Positions 1-11,792 of a stretch of DNA of 64,000 bases are shown here, piece by piece. The stretch is from positions 45,075,563-45,139,562 of the forward strand of contig NC_080837.1 of NCBI RefSeq assembly GCF_030435755.1, given 5' to 3'. The notes under the pieces are model-generated. The model searched no databases, was not told where the DNA came from, and was given only the letters and a program-made list of their open reading frames with translations. Source of the stretch: Ochotona princeps. Lineage: Eukaryota. A program made the position numbers and the translations under genes. Each line of letters starts with the position of its first letter. Position 1 is the stretch's first letter.

Positions 1-484
1 GTTCCATGTTAGGGTGGCCACCAGCCTTCTGTAACTCGTATCCTAGTTACAGAAGCTAGTATTATTAAAGGAGAACTGTCCTGCTGTCCTAATGAGAAAC
101 CCTGCAGTGGTGTGAGTTACTTCTGAAGGGAGAAAGAACTTAAAGAATTCAGGAAGGCTACCTCTAGAACAGATTGCTTTCAAGGGAGTTAGAATTTTTA
201 TTTGTATATTAGAAAAAGCAACGTGTTTTCATTTAAGAATGACAGGCTATGGATAGAATGTACAATGGTACCTTAAAAATTTTGTGGAAAATAGTATTAA
301 AAATAAAGCTATTTGGGCACAAAAGATTTTTTGAAAACTGTGGGGTTTTTTTTACAATTTACACTTTTTATAAAGTTGAAGGCCCTTCATATGTATGCAT
401 TTCAAAATTAACTTTTTTTTTTAATTTATATTTTCTACTGACTTTTTTTCTTTGTTTTGCCTTGTTTCCCACTAACTTTATTTT

Positions 485-803
485 TTGTAAATATTTATTT
501 TATTACAAAGTCAGATATACAGAGAGGAGGAGAGACAGAGAGGAAGATCTTCTGTCCGATGATTCACTTCCCAAGTGACTGCAACGGCCAGAGCTGCGCC
601 GATCCGAAGCCAGGAACCAGGAACCTCTTCTGGGTTTCCCACATGGGTGCAGGGTCCCAAAGCATTGGGCCGTCCTCAACTGCTTTCCCAGGCCACAAGC
701 AGGGAGCTGGATGGGAAGTGGAGCTGCCGGGATTAGAACTGGCACCCATATGGGATCCCGGGGCGTTCAAGGAGAGGACTTAAGCTGCTAGGCCACTGCG
801 CTG
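485..803 (-). mobile_element. rabbit C-repeat SINE (tRNA-derived)
   Basis: reverse-complement of the C-repeat unit (ggcccggcg..ggctaaagtcctc..ccatccagctccctgcttgtggcctgggaaagcag..aataaataaatctt). Confidence 0.85.
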
Positions 804-961
804 GGCCCTTCCCACTAACTTTTGAAGTACTCTCGTATATGTACCTTTCCTTTCCTGGAAGGTAGGTTCCTTGGAGAATAACACGTTGAGGCACAAGAAA
901 ATCTAGAGCCGCACTCCATATCTCAGGACTGACAGTGCACTCCTGTTTTTTTCTTCTCCAG

Positions 962-1012
962 GCTCACGTGTATAGTGAAGGAAATGATGTCTATGATGTC
1001 ATGCTTAATCAG
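962..1012 (+). CDS. PARP2: PARP2 exon (AHVYSEGNDVYDVMLNQ)
   Basis: acceptor ttttttcttctccag at 960-961, donor gtaaga at 1013; phase 0. Confidence 0.85.
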
Positions 1013-2309
1013 GTAAGAAGGGGCCATTTTGTTGAGCATTTCCATTTCCTGGTAGTGGCTGTGATAGCATCTCAATGCCCAGATCTGTAATTCTTTGATT
1101 AGGCCCATTGTATATGTGATAGCCATTAGAGGTTAAACCCCTGAGTTTCCGCCCAGCATACCCTGCCTGATAGGCAAGTTCTGTATGAGAGGCAAATGAT
1201 TTTGCAATTTATGTCTTTAATTGAACTTGTGATTTCTTTATATCATTTTGCATATTTTCTAATGAGTTGTTAATTTCTCCTTTTTGTTACTGGCTTTGAG
1301 AAATTTCATAAAAATGGAGAAAAGCTTTGTCTGTATAACATATTGCTTGTATATTTCTGTGTTTGATTTGCTTTTAGATTTTTTCCTTACAGTGTACTTT
1401 GTGCCCGTGTTGACATTTTAAATTTGTACATGCTTAAACTTACAGTTTTCTTTTTAATTAATCTTTTTATTTGTTTTTTGTGGCTTTCAGTAGATAATAT
1501 ATGCATTTGCTTGAGAAACATATTTCCTGCATATCATAGCATGTTTAGATATATTGATATAGATATAGATATATATATAATTTTAACAGCCAGGTAAAGC
1601 TCTCTTATTACTGTTTTTCCCATTTAAAATATCATGAATAGATAGAAAATATGTAAAGCTCCTTTTTGTTCTCACAAAAAGTGGCTTTACAGTGTGAATG
1701 TGAAAGGGGGTGAAAAGAGAGAAGAGCAGTGCCTTGGCCACTGCTCGGCCTGCCAGTACTAGCCTCTGCTCTCTCCCCGCTCTGCAACTACTCACAGATA
1801 GTGATTTTTAGCCACTAGTCATATTCACTCTGAGTGTCTCCAAGTTGGGTCAGGTTGAAGATCCTGCTCTGCTTTGGCCGTGGTTTCTACAAATTCTTTT
1901 TCCCCAAAGACTTAAAACATTGTCTTGCTCTCTCAGCTCATTAATAAATTTCTGCAACAGACAAACCAAAACTGCAAGTAGAGTTATCAGAGAGGAAGAA
2001 GTTGCTAAGCAATCACTGGGAATGAAGTAGGAATTGGAAAACACGGGTGACATAGAAAGAAATCCGTGGAGGGAGCTGAGGGAGAGAAAAACAGCAGGAG
2101 CCATCCAGTGCTGGATGTTTGAAGTTAGGTAGAGGGTTTTAGGAAGGTTACACGTTGCCACTTTAATTCCTAAGAATCCCAAGTTTAACATAAATATTAT
2201 CCTTTGTATCTATCCTCTGCTTAGGGAAATTATCAAGAAACAGTCGTTGACTTGCGTGACCTCTATTTGGAAAATTACTTCATGTTTCTATGTCTCTTAC
2301 TCATCATAG

Positions 2310-2406
2310 ACCAACCTCCAGTTCAACAACAACAAGTACTATCTGATTCAGCTATTAGAAGATGATGCCCAGAGGAACTTCAGTGTTTGGATGAGATGGG
2401 GACGAG
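2310..2406 (+). CDS. PARP2: PARP2 exon (TNLQFNNNKYYLIQLLEDDAQRNFSVWMRWGR)
   Basis: acceptor ...ctcatcatag, donor gtaagg at 2407. Confidence 0.85.
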
Positions 2407-2814
2407 GTAAGGATTTTATACTTGATTTTAGGAGCTGTCTTTCCAAAAGTCAGAAACAACTTAGTGAATGACCATAAGTTCCTGTGGGTTTACATTGGGT
2501 AGGTGGAGGATCTGAGGTGAGGTCTGGGAAGTGTTTAGGAATCAAACTGTGCTTCTAGAATCAAAGGAATGCTAAGAGCCGCTACTGAGCCTGAAAACTC
2601 TTGGAGTTAGCTTGCTAGTGCTGCTCATTGACCATGTCTGTGAGCAGGTGACATCAATGTGATCAGTTCCCTAAGCCGTCTTGTCTTCTTCTCTCCCTTT
2701 TCTGCCTGTGTGTCAGATGGTAAACAGAGACCTTACAAGAGTTGGCTCATTAAGATTAGGGAACCGGGGACTGGAGGACAACAAACCATCTGAAGTGTGG
2801 CATTTCCTTTGCAG

Positions 2815-2890
2815 TTGGGAAAATGGGACAGCACAGCTTGGTGGCTTGTTCAGGTGACCTCAACAAGGCCAAAGAAATCTTTCAGAAGAA
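2815..2890 (+). CDS. PARP2: PARP2 exon (VGKMGQHSLVACSGDLNKAKEIFQKK)
   Basis: anchored to ORF 2797-2979 frame; acceptor tttcctttgcag, donor gtgagt at 2891. Confidence 0.88.
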
Positions 2891-3292
2891 GTGAGTGTGA
2901 AGAAATTGGTACCAAAAAATACCAGCTCTCCTTGGTTATATCTTCCTTAAGAATTCTATTAAAAATTCTATTGACCTAAATATTACTATCTTTCCATTCT
3001 GAAAGTCTATGATTAGAATACCAAACTTAGTATGAAATTAACCTAGAATCTTGAAATTGACTGTAAACAGGAGAATGCAATATATTTCACATGCAACTAA
3101 CAAATTTAGGAAATCAGTGTAAGTGGCAAATATTAAGGGTACAGAGTATCCAACCACAGTTTTTAAAATGTTTGCTGTGATATGGATGAAGAACTTTGAG
3201 ATTCTGGGAACAGAGATTAGATGGATAAATATTGTTTGTTTGTTTGTTTGTTTTTTTAAGAAAGCATGGACATATATATATATTTTTTTTAA

Positions 3293-3614
3293 AGATTTAT
3301 TTTATTTTAGTTACAAAGTCAGATATACAGAGAGGAGAGACAGAGAGGAAGATCTTCCGTCCAATGATTCACTCCCCAAGTGACTGCAACGGCCAGAGCT
3401 GCGCCGATCCGAAGCCAGGAACCTGGAACCTCCTCCGGGTCTCCCACACGGGTGCAGGGTCCCAAAGCTTTGGGCCGTCCTCAACCACTCTCCCAGGCCA
3501 CAAGCAGGGAGCTGGATGGGAAGTGGAGCTGCCGGGATTAGAACCGGCACCCATGTGGGATCCCGGAGCGTTCAAGGTGAGGACTTTAGCCGGTAGGCCA
3601 CGACCGGGCCCGAT
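3293..3614 (-). mobile_element. C-repeat SINE
   Basis: same family, antisense orientation. Confidence 0.85.
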
Positions 3615-3694
3615 AGCTATTGTTTTAAAATCAATGATTTTTATAGGGTTTAGGGAACCTTCAGAAGTCTTGGGATCCTTTTTCTCCATTTTTT

Positions 3695-3965
3695 AAAGGT
3701 TTATTTTATTTACTTGAAAGGCAGAGTTAGAGAAAGATCTTTCGTCTGCTGGTTCACTCCCCAGATGACCAGAATGGCAAGGGCTGAGTCAGACCAAAGG
3801 CAGGAGCCGCTAGCTTCTGGGTTTCTCGTGTGGGTGCAGAGACCCAAGGATTTTGTCTATCCTTCACTGCTTTTCCAGGTGCTTTAGCAGGAAACTGGGT
3901 CAGAACTGGAACAGCTGGGACTCAAACCAGCACCTATGTGGAATGCTGGCATAATAAATTGCTAT
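3695..3965 (-). mobile_element. C-repeat-related SINE, diverged
   Basis: aaaggcagagttagagaaagatct..cactccccagatgacc..; older subfamily. Confidence 0.7.
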
Positions 3966-3967
3966 TT

Positions 3968-4300
3968 TGGGACCCCAGCGTGATAGCCTAGCAGTAAAGT
4001 CCTCGCCTTACATGTTCCAGGATCCCATATGGATGCTGGTTCTAATCCTGGCAGCCCCACTTCCCATCCAGCTCCCTGCTTGTGGCCTGGGAGAGCAGTT
4101 GAGGATGGCCCAAAACCTTGGGACCCTGTACCCACGTGGCAGACCTGGAAGAAGCTCCTGGCTTCTGGCTTCAGATCAGTACAGCTCTGACCATTGGGGC
4201 CACTTGGGGAGAGAACCAGCAGACAGAAGATCTTCTCTGTCTCTTTCTCTCTGTATATCTGACTTTTCCATTAAAAAATTAAACAAATCTTTAAAAAAAA
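3968..4300 (+). mobile_element. C-repeat SINE
   Basis: sense orientation with aaattaaacaaatctt tail. Confidence 0.85.
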
Positions 4301-4544
4301 TTTTCTGTTTTGCCACAATGCTGACCCCTTCCCAATTCTTTAAATACCCTTTGTTTCTAGAGTTTTCTCCATTCAATGACCTTGTTTAGAATTCAGGTTT
4401 AGGGAAATTTGGCATTTGAAAGAGCTCTGAAGTCATTGGGGAATGGATAATTTTTAGAGGTTTTCTAAGGAATTTAGCTCTCGGTTCATCCCTAGTAATA
4501 GAACTTTATTCATAGGTTTTCTTACTACCTTTGGGGCTCTACAG

Positions 4545-4647
4545 ATTCCTTGACAAAACAAAAAATAATTGGGAGGATCGTGAAAAGTTTGAGAAGGTGC
4601 CTGGAAAATATGATATGCTACAAATGGATTATGCCAGCAATACTCAG
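4545..4647 (+). CDS. PARP2: PARP2 exon (FLDKTKNNWEDREKFEKVPGKYDMLQMDYASNTQ)
   Basis: acceptor ttggggctctacag, donor gtaaat at 4648; phase-continuous with flanking exons. Confidence 0.85.
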
Positions 4648-5019
4648 GTAAATTCCAATCATACCTTTGTGGAAAATAATGGTTCCTCTTATTCAGGGTG
4701 AAGGCTAAGAGGATAGTTTTAATTCATCCTAAACCAGAATAGGCCAGTGTGGCTTGGGTTGTCACTGTTCCTCACCTTTTGGTGAACTCTCTCTGATCTT
4801 TGTAATCTCAAAGCAGTAGAAAACATACAGATAGAAGTTACCTTTTCAGTCTCTCCTGTTATTGACTAAGGGTATTTTCAAGTCTTGGGCCCTGCTTGCA
4901 GAAGTTCATTGTTACAGACAAGGGTGAAGTAATCAGTTTAGATTACCGATCAATAAATAAACTGATAAACTTACGTTTAAAGTTGTCTTCATTTATTTTT
5001 AACTCTAGTAATGTTTCAA

Positions 5020-5330
5020 TTTCTATTGGAAAGGCAGATTTACAGCGAGGGAGAGATAGAGGAGGTCTTCCATTCACTGGTTTACTCTAAATAGCTGCTC
5101 CTGCGGGAGCTGAGCTGATCCAAAGCCAGCAGCCAGAAGCTTCTGGGCTTCTCACATAGATGCAGCGTTCCGAGGGTTTGGGCCCTCTGCCACTGCTTTT
5201 CCAGGCCATAAGCAGGGAACTGGATCAGGAGTGAACCAGCTAGGACAGGAACCAGTGCTTATATGGCATGTCAGAGCTTGCAGGCAGAGGATAGGCAGTT
5301 AAACCATCACGCTAAGCCCCAAAACAGGGA
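5020..5330 (-). mobile_element. C-repeat-related SINE, diverged
   Basis: gaaaggcagatttacag..gaggtcttccattcactgg.. Confidence 0.7.
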
Positions 5331-5676
5331 ATTTTGGAAAAATGGAGGTAAACCTGAATGCTGGACTGTCCCAAAACACTGCTGCTTCTGTGAAAAATGG
5401 AGAAAAATGGAGCTCTTGAGGCCTAACAGCGGTCTTTACATGCTTAGTATCACTGGAAAAAGCCTTCTGAAGTTCCTCTGAATGTTTAACTGTGGGAGGA
5501 GGGACTAGTAATTAAAGGTGGAAGTTACATTGAGTGCTTTGGTCTGGGTAAGAATGAAATGTACCTGTGTCTGGTCAGAGGCTGAGAGATGATCACTGTG
5601 CCTAGCCAGTCTACAGGACTCTAAAATACATCCCTTCAGACCTTGTGAGCTGCTTGGCTCATTGGTTTTGCTGTAG

Positions 5677-5839
5677 GATGAAGATGAAACAAAAAAAGAG
5701 GACCCTCTTAAATCACCCTTGCAACCGGAGTCACAGCTCGATCTTCGGGTACAAGAGCTGATAAGGCTGATCTGCAATGTCCAGGCCATGGAAGAGATGA
5801 TGATAGAAATGAAGTATGATACCAAGAAAGCCCCACTTG
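5677..5839 (+). CDS. PARP2: PARP2 exon (DEDETKKEDPLKSPLQPESQLDLRVQELIRLICNVQAMEEMMIEMKYDTKKAPLG)
   Basis: anchored to ORF 5719-5913; acceptor ttttgctgtag, donor gtagga at 5840. Confidence 0.88.
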
Positions 5840-6131
5840 GTAGGACTTCAGATTCTTTCCCGCACCCTCTGTTCATATTTCCCGAATCCCTTAATGTGAT
5901 GTTTCATCACTAACATGATGTAAAGCTTGCTGAAGGTACTGAATGAAAACAGGTTTTGAGATTTTGAGTTTGATCGCTTCTTGGCCTTTTGGCTAAGATC
6001 AAGTGGAGATTTGAGTTTGTGGCGAAAAGGAGAGCTTTTTGAAAGTTGAAAGGTGAGATTCTTTGTTGGACAGGGATGTAAACATAAGTTCCAGGATAGG
6101 ACATTCGTTTGATCTCTATGTGGGTTTGCAG

Positions 6132-6270
6132 GGAAACTGACAGTGGCACAAATCAAGGCAGGTTACCAGTCTCTTAAGAAGATTGAAGATTGTATTCGAT
6201 CTGGCCAGCATGGTCGTGTTCTCCTGGAAGCGTGCAACGAATTCTATACCAGGATCCCACATGACTTTGG
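6132..6270 (+). CDS. PARP2: PARP2 exon (KLTVAQIKAGYQSLKKIEDCIRSGQHGRVLLEACNEFYTRIPHDFG)
   Basis: acceptor gggtttgcag, donor gtaaga at 6271. Confidence 0.85.
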
Positions 6271-7043
6271 GTAAGACCTGTATTATTTCTTCACTTGTTG
6301 TTCTGCTTATCCATATCTCCCAAATCTATCACCAGCGGTTAGACTGTCTTCATTCTTTTATTCCCATGGAAATTATCATCCAAAGTAGAGTCAGAGCCAG
6401 AATGATTTCCAGAGAGCCTATTTAATCAGCTTACATATGTGGGATAAATTCTCCTGGCCTGATTTCAACCGTATTCTCTGGTTGAGTGGGAATTACCAAC
6501 TCTAGAGGAGGAGTGCAGCAATGCAGCCATTCAGTAAGATAGCCTAAGGAATGTCACTCCCTTTTCTTATTCTTTAAAGAGACTGTGCACTGGCAACATT
6601 CTCTAAGTTAAAATGTGTTAAACTTACTAAAAACATGTGATCAGTGTTGATTCTGTGTCTGGTTTTCATTCTATTCCTACTGCTTTTAGTGCTTTGTATA
6701 GTGCCTTGTGGTCTAGGAATTGTCCTATGAGGTTAGCAGGTCCACCGCTGCTTCTTGTTGGGACTGGATCCAGATTTTCTTTGTTGATATTGTACAGGTT
6801 GTTTTATATAAAGTTTCCCCTTGAAAAGAATTTCAGCGCTAGTCTCAAATGTCAAAATCTATTTAATTTGTTTTATCCTATTCAAAATGCATATTTAATA
6901 TCATTTGTTGTATTTAGGAGTTAACGTCTCTTTACAGATGTCTGTCACAAATGGAAAACCTGTTATTTAGACTCATTTTCTGAAGTACATATCTTTTTTT
7001 CTTCTTCTTCTTTTTTTTTTTTTCCTAAGATTTATTTATTTTG

Positions 7044-7350
7044 GGCCCAGCACCGTGGCCTACTGGCTAAAGTCCTCGCCTTGAATGCGCCGGGATCCCA
7101 TATGGGTGCTGGTTCTAATCCTGGCAGCCCCGCTTCCCAGCCAGCTCCCTGCTTGTGGCCTGGGAAAGCAGTTGAGGATGGCCCAAAGCCTTGGGACCCT
7201 GCACCCACAGAAGATCTGGGCTCCTAGCTTCAGATCGTCGCAGTACCAGCCGGTGTGGTCATTTGGGGAGTGAATCATCGGATGGAAGATCTTCCTCTCT
7301 GTCTCTCCTCCTCTCTATGTCTGACTTTGCAATAAAAATAAATCTTTTTT
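7044..7350 (+). mobile_element. C-repeat SINE
   Basis: gggcccagcaccgtggcctactggctaaagtcctcgcc.. Confidence 0.85.
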
Positions 7351-7355
7351 TTAAA

Positions 7356-7640
7356 AAAAAGGCAGATTTATAGAACAAGGAAATCTTCCATCTGCTGATG
7401 CACTCCGCAAATGGCCTCAACAGACAGAGCTGAGTTGAGCTGATCCAAAGCTCAAAGCCAGCAGTCTCATCTGGGTTTCCTACATAGATTCAGGGTCCCT
7501 AGTACCTGGACCATACTGTGCTGCTTTCCCAGGCCATAAGCAGAGCTGAATCAGAAGTGGACCATCCAGGAAATGAACCAGCACCAATATGGGATGGTGG
7601 CACCACAGGGTGAAGGATTAGCCTGTTGAGCCATGGCATC
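7356..7640 (-). mobile_element. C-repeat-related SINE, diverged
   Basis: lies directly next to the previous element in opposite orientation. Confidence 0.7.
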
Positions 7641-7733
7641 AGCCCCTTTTAAAGGGCCTATCTTAACTGTGCTGTTCTTTGTTATGTTTCCTTTACCCAT
7701 GATATTAGTTCACTATATCTTTTCTGTCTTTAG

Positions 7734-7797
7734 ACTGCGGACCCCTCCATTAATCCGAACAGAAAAAGAGCTCTCAGAAAAAATATTGCTACTGGAG
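7734..7797 (+). CDS. PARP2: PARP2 exon (LRTPPLIRTEKELSEKILLLE)
   Basis: acceptor tttctgtctttag, donor gtaagc at 7798. Confidence 0.85.
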
Positions 7798-7878
7798 GTA
7801 AGCTATGTATGAATTGGGAAGTATTAAATCTGTTAAACCAGGTTCCTCCCAAATCAACTCTGTGTCTCATCTACTTAG

Positions 7879-8013
7879 GCTTTGGGAGACATTGAAATTG
7901 CCATTAAACTGGTGAAGACAGAGCTGCAAAGCCCAGAACACCCATTAGACCAACACTATAGAAACCTACGTTGTGCCTTGCACCCGGTAGACCATGAAAG
8001 TTATGAGTTCAAA
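7879..8013 (+). CDS. PARP2: PARP2 exon (ALGDIEIAIKLVKTELQSPEHPLDQHYRNLRCALHPVDHESYEFK)
   Basis: acceptor tctcatctacttag, donor gtaagt at 8014. Confidence 0.85.
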
Positions 8014-8212
8014 GTAAGTTTTAAACTGTTATATCCTTAAGACACTCTCCCTACTATCAGATTGGGAGGACTTTCTATTTCCTGGGAGTTGGGAAAGTAA
8101 GTGCATTAACTTCCTTGTCTGAGAACAGAGAAATTTGCTAAGTTATAGCAGAAACCCTGACTACTTCAGTTCAGCCAATATCTTGGAGCATTTCTTCCAT
8201 TCTCTTGCACAG

Positions 8213-8340
8213 GTGATTTCTCAGTACCTACAGTCTACTCATGCTCCCACACACAAAGACTACACCATGACCTTGCTGGATGTTTTTCAAGTAGAAAAGG
8301 AGGGAGAGAAAGAAGCCTTCAGAGAGGACCTTCCTAACAG
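8213..8340 (+). CDS. PARP2: PARP2 exon (VISQYLQSTHAPTHKDYTMTLLDVFQVEKEGEKEAFREDLPNR)
   Basis: anchored to ORF 8135-8392; acceptor ...tctcttgcacag, donor gtccgc at 8341. Confidence 0.88.
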
Positions 8341-8488
8341 GTCCGCAACTAGCTATGGGTTGGAGAAGAAATTCCCTTCCCAAAGTTCATAGAACTCAGG
8401 AGGGTGGAAGGGGCATTGGTTGATCTTATGCATGTAGCCTGTGTCTATAGAATTGCAATAGAATACAATAATAATAGCTTTTCCTTAG

Positions 8489-8588
8489 GATGCTGCTATG
8501 GCATGGTTCCAGACTGAGTAACTGGGTAGGAATCCTGAGCCATGGGCTTCGAATTGCCCCACCCGAGGCTCCCATCACAGGTTACATG
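8489..8588 (+). CDS. PARP2: PARP2 exon ([33 protein letters not shown]), start of ART catalytic core (H-G-S)
   Basis: acceptor gcttttccttag, donor gtgagt at 8589. Confidence 0.85.
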
Positions 8589-8624
8589 GTGAGTACAAAT
8601 TGACTTGGAAAGGAACATTGGGGG

Positions 8625-8650
8625 GGGGGGGGCGCGGCGGAAATTTAGAC
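8625..8650. repeat. G13 homopolymer + GCGCGGCGG (PARP2 intron)
   Basis: gggggggggggggcgcggcgg. Confidence 0.9.
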
Positions 8651-9108
8651 AATAACATTCTCTGGCCATTTTTCCTGGCTTATAATTAGATTTACCCCTC
8701 CCCAAGAAGTAAGCCATTTTACCAATAACCCAGTCATCTCGTTCTAAGTTCATCTTTCTTTAAATACCTAAAGATATCTGTTCAGTTCCCCCAGAAACTA
8801 ATAATTCACAAGTACTTCTGCCCTCTCTGGAATAGAACTGTCAAGGAAGGGCCCATCTTTGTGGTAATGGGGTAAACCACCACCTGTAATCCAGCATCCC
8901 TTATTGAAGTGTCACTTCAAGCCACAACTACTCCACTTCCAATTTAGCTTCTTGCTAATGTGTCTGGCTGGGAAGGCAGCAGATGATCGCCCAGTTACTT
9001 GGGCTTGTGCCACCCAGGAGGGAAGCCAAAATAGAGTTCCTGGATCTTAGCTTCAGCCTGGCCCATTCCTGACTGTTAGAGCCATTGGGGAGTAAACCAA
9101 TAGGTGAG

Positions 9109-9111
<3 letters not shown>

Positions 9112-9156
<45 letters not shown>

Positions 9157-9240
9157 CCTCCCTCCCTCTCTCCCTCACTCCCTCTCTCCCTCTCTCCCTC
9201 TCTCCCTCTCTCCCCCTCCCTCTCTCTCAGTCTTTCTTTC
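9112..9240. repeat. (CT)n then (TCCC/CTCTCC)n polypyrimidine microsatellite, ~130 bp (PARP2 intron)
   Basis: tctctctctc... ccctccctccctccctctctccctcactccctctctccc. Confidence 0.95.
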
Positions 9241-9409
9241 CTCCCTTTACAATAAATAAATACTTAAATACACAGACACACACAGAGAGAGAAGAGAAAT
9301 TGAGAAGGATGGATTTTGTGTTGCCCAAATGGGAAGTCTGGGTCACTGATAGAAGCCTCGTGTCTAAGAGAATAGTTAAGTAGCTGGCCTTGGTGTGTGT
9401 TTATTTCAG

Positions 9410-9508
9410 TTTGGAAAAGGAATCTACTTTGCTGACATGTCTTCCAAAAGTGCCAACTACTGCTTTGCCTCTCACCTAAAGAATATTGGACTGCTGCTCT
9501 TATCAGAG
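9410..9508 (+). CDS. PARP2: PARP2 exon ([33 protein letters not shown]), PARP signature
   Basis: acceptor gtgtgtttatttcag, donor gtaatt at 9509. Confidence 0.9.
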
Positions 9509-9744
9509 GTAATTGTGATCTCTCCTTTAGTACTCCTATTTTTTCCGATGAAAAAAGCTTGATCCCAGAACCATGAGGCTCAGCTGGGATGGCATAAAAT
9601 GGAAACCAAGTGCCTCTTGCATCACATAGAGCTCCACTGCTGGTGGAAGTTAGGGAATAAAGTCTTGATGGGGTTTTCTGTTTGACTGTAGAGCCATCTA
9701 GTTCTCATCCGCATGTGGGCATTCAAAGATCTTGTGCTTTGCAG

Positions 9745-9869
9745 GTAGCCCTCGGGCACTGTAATGAACTACTGGAAGCCAATCCTAGAGCAGAGGGATT
9801 ACTTCAAGGCAAACACAGCACCAAGGGCCTGGGCAAGATGGCTCCCAGTCCTTCCTGCTCCGTCACCCT
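9745..9869 (+). CDS. PARP2: PARP2 exon (VALGHCNELLEANPRAEGLLQGKHSTKGLGKMAPSPSCSVT)
   Basis: anchored to ORF 9682-9873; acceptor tgtgctttgcag, donor gtaagt at 9870. Confidence 0.88.
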
Positions 9870-9969
9870 GTAAGTCCTGAAGAACCGGGAGCGCTGGAAG
9901 ACTCCCGTTTTCTCCGTTCCAATTTCTGAACCAAAGGCTGATGTTGATATACTTTCTTCATTTCCGCAG

Positions 9970-10129
9970 GAATGGGAGTACAGTGCCCTTAGGGCCAGCA
10001 AGTGAAACCGGAGTTCTGAATCCAGAGGGTTATACTCTTAACTACAATGAGTTTGTTGTCTATAATCCCAACCAGGTCCGTATGCGATACCTTCTCAAGG
10101 TTCAATTTAATTTCCTAAAGTTGTGGTGA
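9970..10129 (+). CDS. PARP2: PARP2 last coding exon (NGSTVPLGPASETGVLNPEGYTLNYNEFVVYNPNQVRMRYLLKVQFNFLKLW*)
   Basis: anchored to ORF 9941-10129; acceptor ttcatttccgcag; TGA at 10127-10129. Confidence 0.9.
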
Positions 10130-10259
10130 GTGTTGGTTTGTATTTTTTATAAAAATGACAAAAACAGAAGATGTAATCTTCACACAAGACAATAAGTACT
10201 ATTGTGCTTCTGGACTTTGTTTGTTTGTTTGTTTAATGTATGTTATTTATGTATTATGT

Positions 10260-10265
10260 AATAAA
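10260..10265 (+). terminator. PARP2: PARP2 poly(A) signal AATAAA
   Basis: aataaa ~130 nt after the stop codon, followed by T/GT-rich sequence. Confidence 0.6.
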
Positions 10266-10382
10266 ACTATTACCCTGAAAAGTAGTTTCCCAGGCATTGT
10301 TTTAGGAAAAGTAACAACAGCAAAAGCTGAATTGTTTCCTTCTTTTATGTCAAATCTTCTCACTTGCACTTTTTTTTTCCTT

Positions 10383-10645
10383 CAAGATTTGTTTATTTAT
10401 AAATTTGAAAAGCAGAATTAGAGAGATATTCCATCTGTGATTTATTCCCCAAATGACTGCAGACAGTCCAGAGCTGGGCTGGTTCAAAGGCAGGAGTCAG
10501 GGGCTTCTTCGAAGTTTCCCATGTGGGTGCAGAGGCCCAAACACTTGGAGCAGGGGGCTGGATCGAAGAGGAGCAGCCAGGACTCCCAGCAGTGGCCAGG
10601 CTGCTTTACCTGCTGCACCACAGTACCAGTCCTTCGTTGGCTTCT
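10383..10645 (-). mobile_element. C-repeat-related SINE, diverged (PARP2 3' flank)
   Basis: gaaaagcagaattagagag..ccaaatgactgcagacag.. Confidence 0.7.
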
Positions 10646-10914
10646 TTATTTATTGCAGACCAAGTCTTCCCCACTTAACATCCTAATATTTATTATATAT
10701 CTAAACCTTTAGGAAGCCATGTTATTAAGCCTAAATATGTCTTAAGGAAGAAGGAGAGAAGTATGGTTTTATATACCATATTTGGATCAAATTCTAAAGA
10801 CTTTAACATATGCAGCATACTTCTTTAAATAATAATGGCTACATACAAATAATTGCTCATAACATTTTAGAAACCATATTACCAGTATTTGTCAAAATTT
10901 AAGATATACATTCA

Positions 10915-11220
10915 GACCTGGCATGGTAGCCTAGTGGCTAAAGTCCTCTCCCTGCATGCACAAAGATCCCAGAAGAGTGCTGGTTTATATCCTGGCAGCT
11001 CCACTTCCCATCCAGCTCCCTGCTTGTGGCCTGGGAAAGCAGTCGAGGACGGCCCAAAGCTTTGGGACCCTGCACCCACGTGGGAGACCCGGGAGAGGTT
11101 CCTGGTTCCCAGCTTCAGCCAGTTGCGGCCATTTGGAGAGTGAGCCAGCACGTCAGATCTCTATCTCTCTCTCCCTTTCTCTCTGTAACTCTGACTTTCA
11201 AATACATAAATAAATCTTTA
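10915..11220 (+). mobile_element. C-repeat SINE (PARP2-TEP1 intergenic)
   Basis: ggtagcctagtggctaaagtcctctcc.. Confidence 0.85.
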
Positions 11221-11469
11221 ACAAAAAGGAAAAAAAAAGAACTGTATGTACTTCATATTATGTGGTCTGATCTATATAATCCCCCCCAAAGAATGCACAT
11301 GCCAAAAAAATAGACCCAAAAAGCAACTGCAGCAGAATTGCAGTATACAAGATGAATATACAAAAATAATTGTATCACTATACATTATAATGAATAATCC
11401 AAAAGGAAAATAAGGCAATTCCATTTATAAAAGCATCATCCAGAGTAAAGAATTTAGGAATAGATTTTT

Positions 11470-11792
11470 TTTAAAGATTTATTTATTTTATTGGAAAGTC
11501 AGACATACAAAAAAAAAAAAGGTACAGAGAGGAAGATCTTCCATCCAATGATTCACTCCCCAAGTGACCGCAATGGCTGGAGCTGTGCCAATCCAAAGCC
11601 AGAAGCCAAGAGCTTCCAGGTCTCCCATGTGGGTACAGGGTCTCAAGGTTTGGGCCATCCTCGACTGCTTTCCCTGAATCTAAGCAAGGAGCTGGATGAG
11701 AAGTGGAGCAGCTGGGACATGAACCAGTGCCCATATGGGATTCTGGCACTTGCAAGGGGAGGATTGGCCTATTGAGCCATTGCACCAGGTCC
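11470..11792 (-). mobile_element. C-repeat SINE (just 3' of the TEP1 poly(A) site)
   Basis: aaagatttatttattttattggaaagtcagacatac.. Confidence 0.85.

Larger units (their letters stand above)
962..10290 (+). other. PARP2: PARP2 gene, 3' portion: 13 terminal coding exons plus 3'UTR; window begins inside an intron
   Basis: Spliced + strand frame encodes ...AHVYSEGNDVYDVMLNQ / TNLQFNNNKYYLIQLLEDDAQRNFSVWMRWGR / ... / [33 protein letters not shown] / ...VQFNFLKLW*, the PARP regulatory + ART catalytic domain with PARP2-specific residues; every exon flanked by AG/GT; phases continuous. Confidence 0.9.

Noticed and set aside
457-783. Pairs of ~80-110 aa ORFs recurring throughout (e.g. 457-783, 3232-3696, 10956-11213, 31365-31628, 32898-33158, 59099-59341)
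   Set aside because: All are translations of C-repeat SINEs (e.g. recurring ..AAPLPIQLPACGLGKQ..). The same peptide recurs wherever the SINE recurs. Not genes.
6183-6425. + strand ORF 6183-6425 (MKIVFDLASMVVFSWKR..) overlapping a PARP2 exon
   Set aside because: It is the +1 frame of PARP2 exon 6132-6270 read through the intron. The true frame gives KLTVAQIKAGYQSLKKIEDCIRSGQHGRVLLEACNEFYTRIPHDFG.
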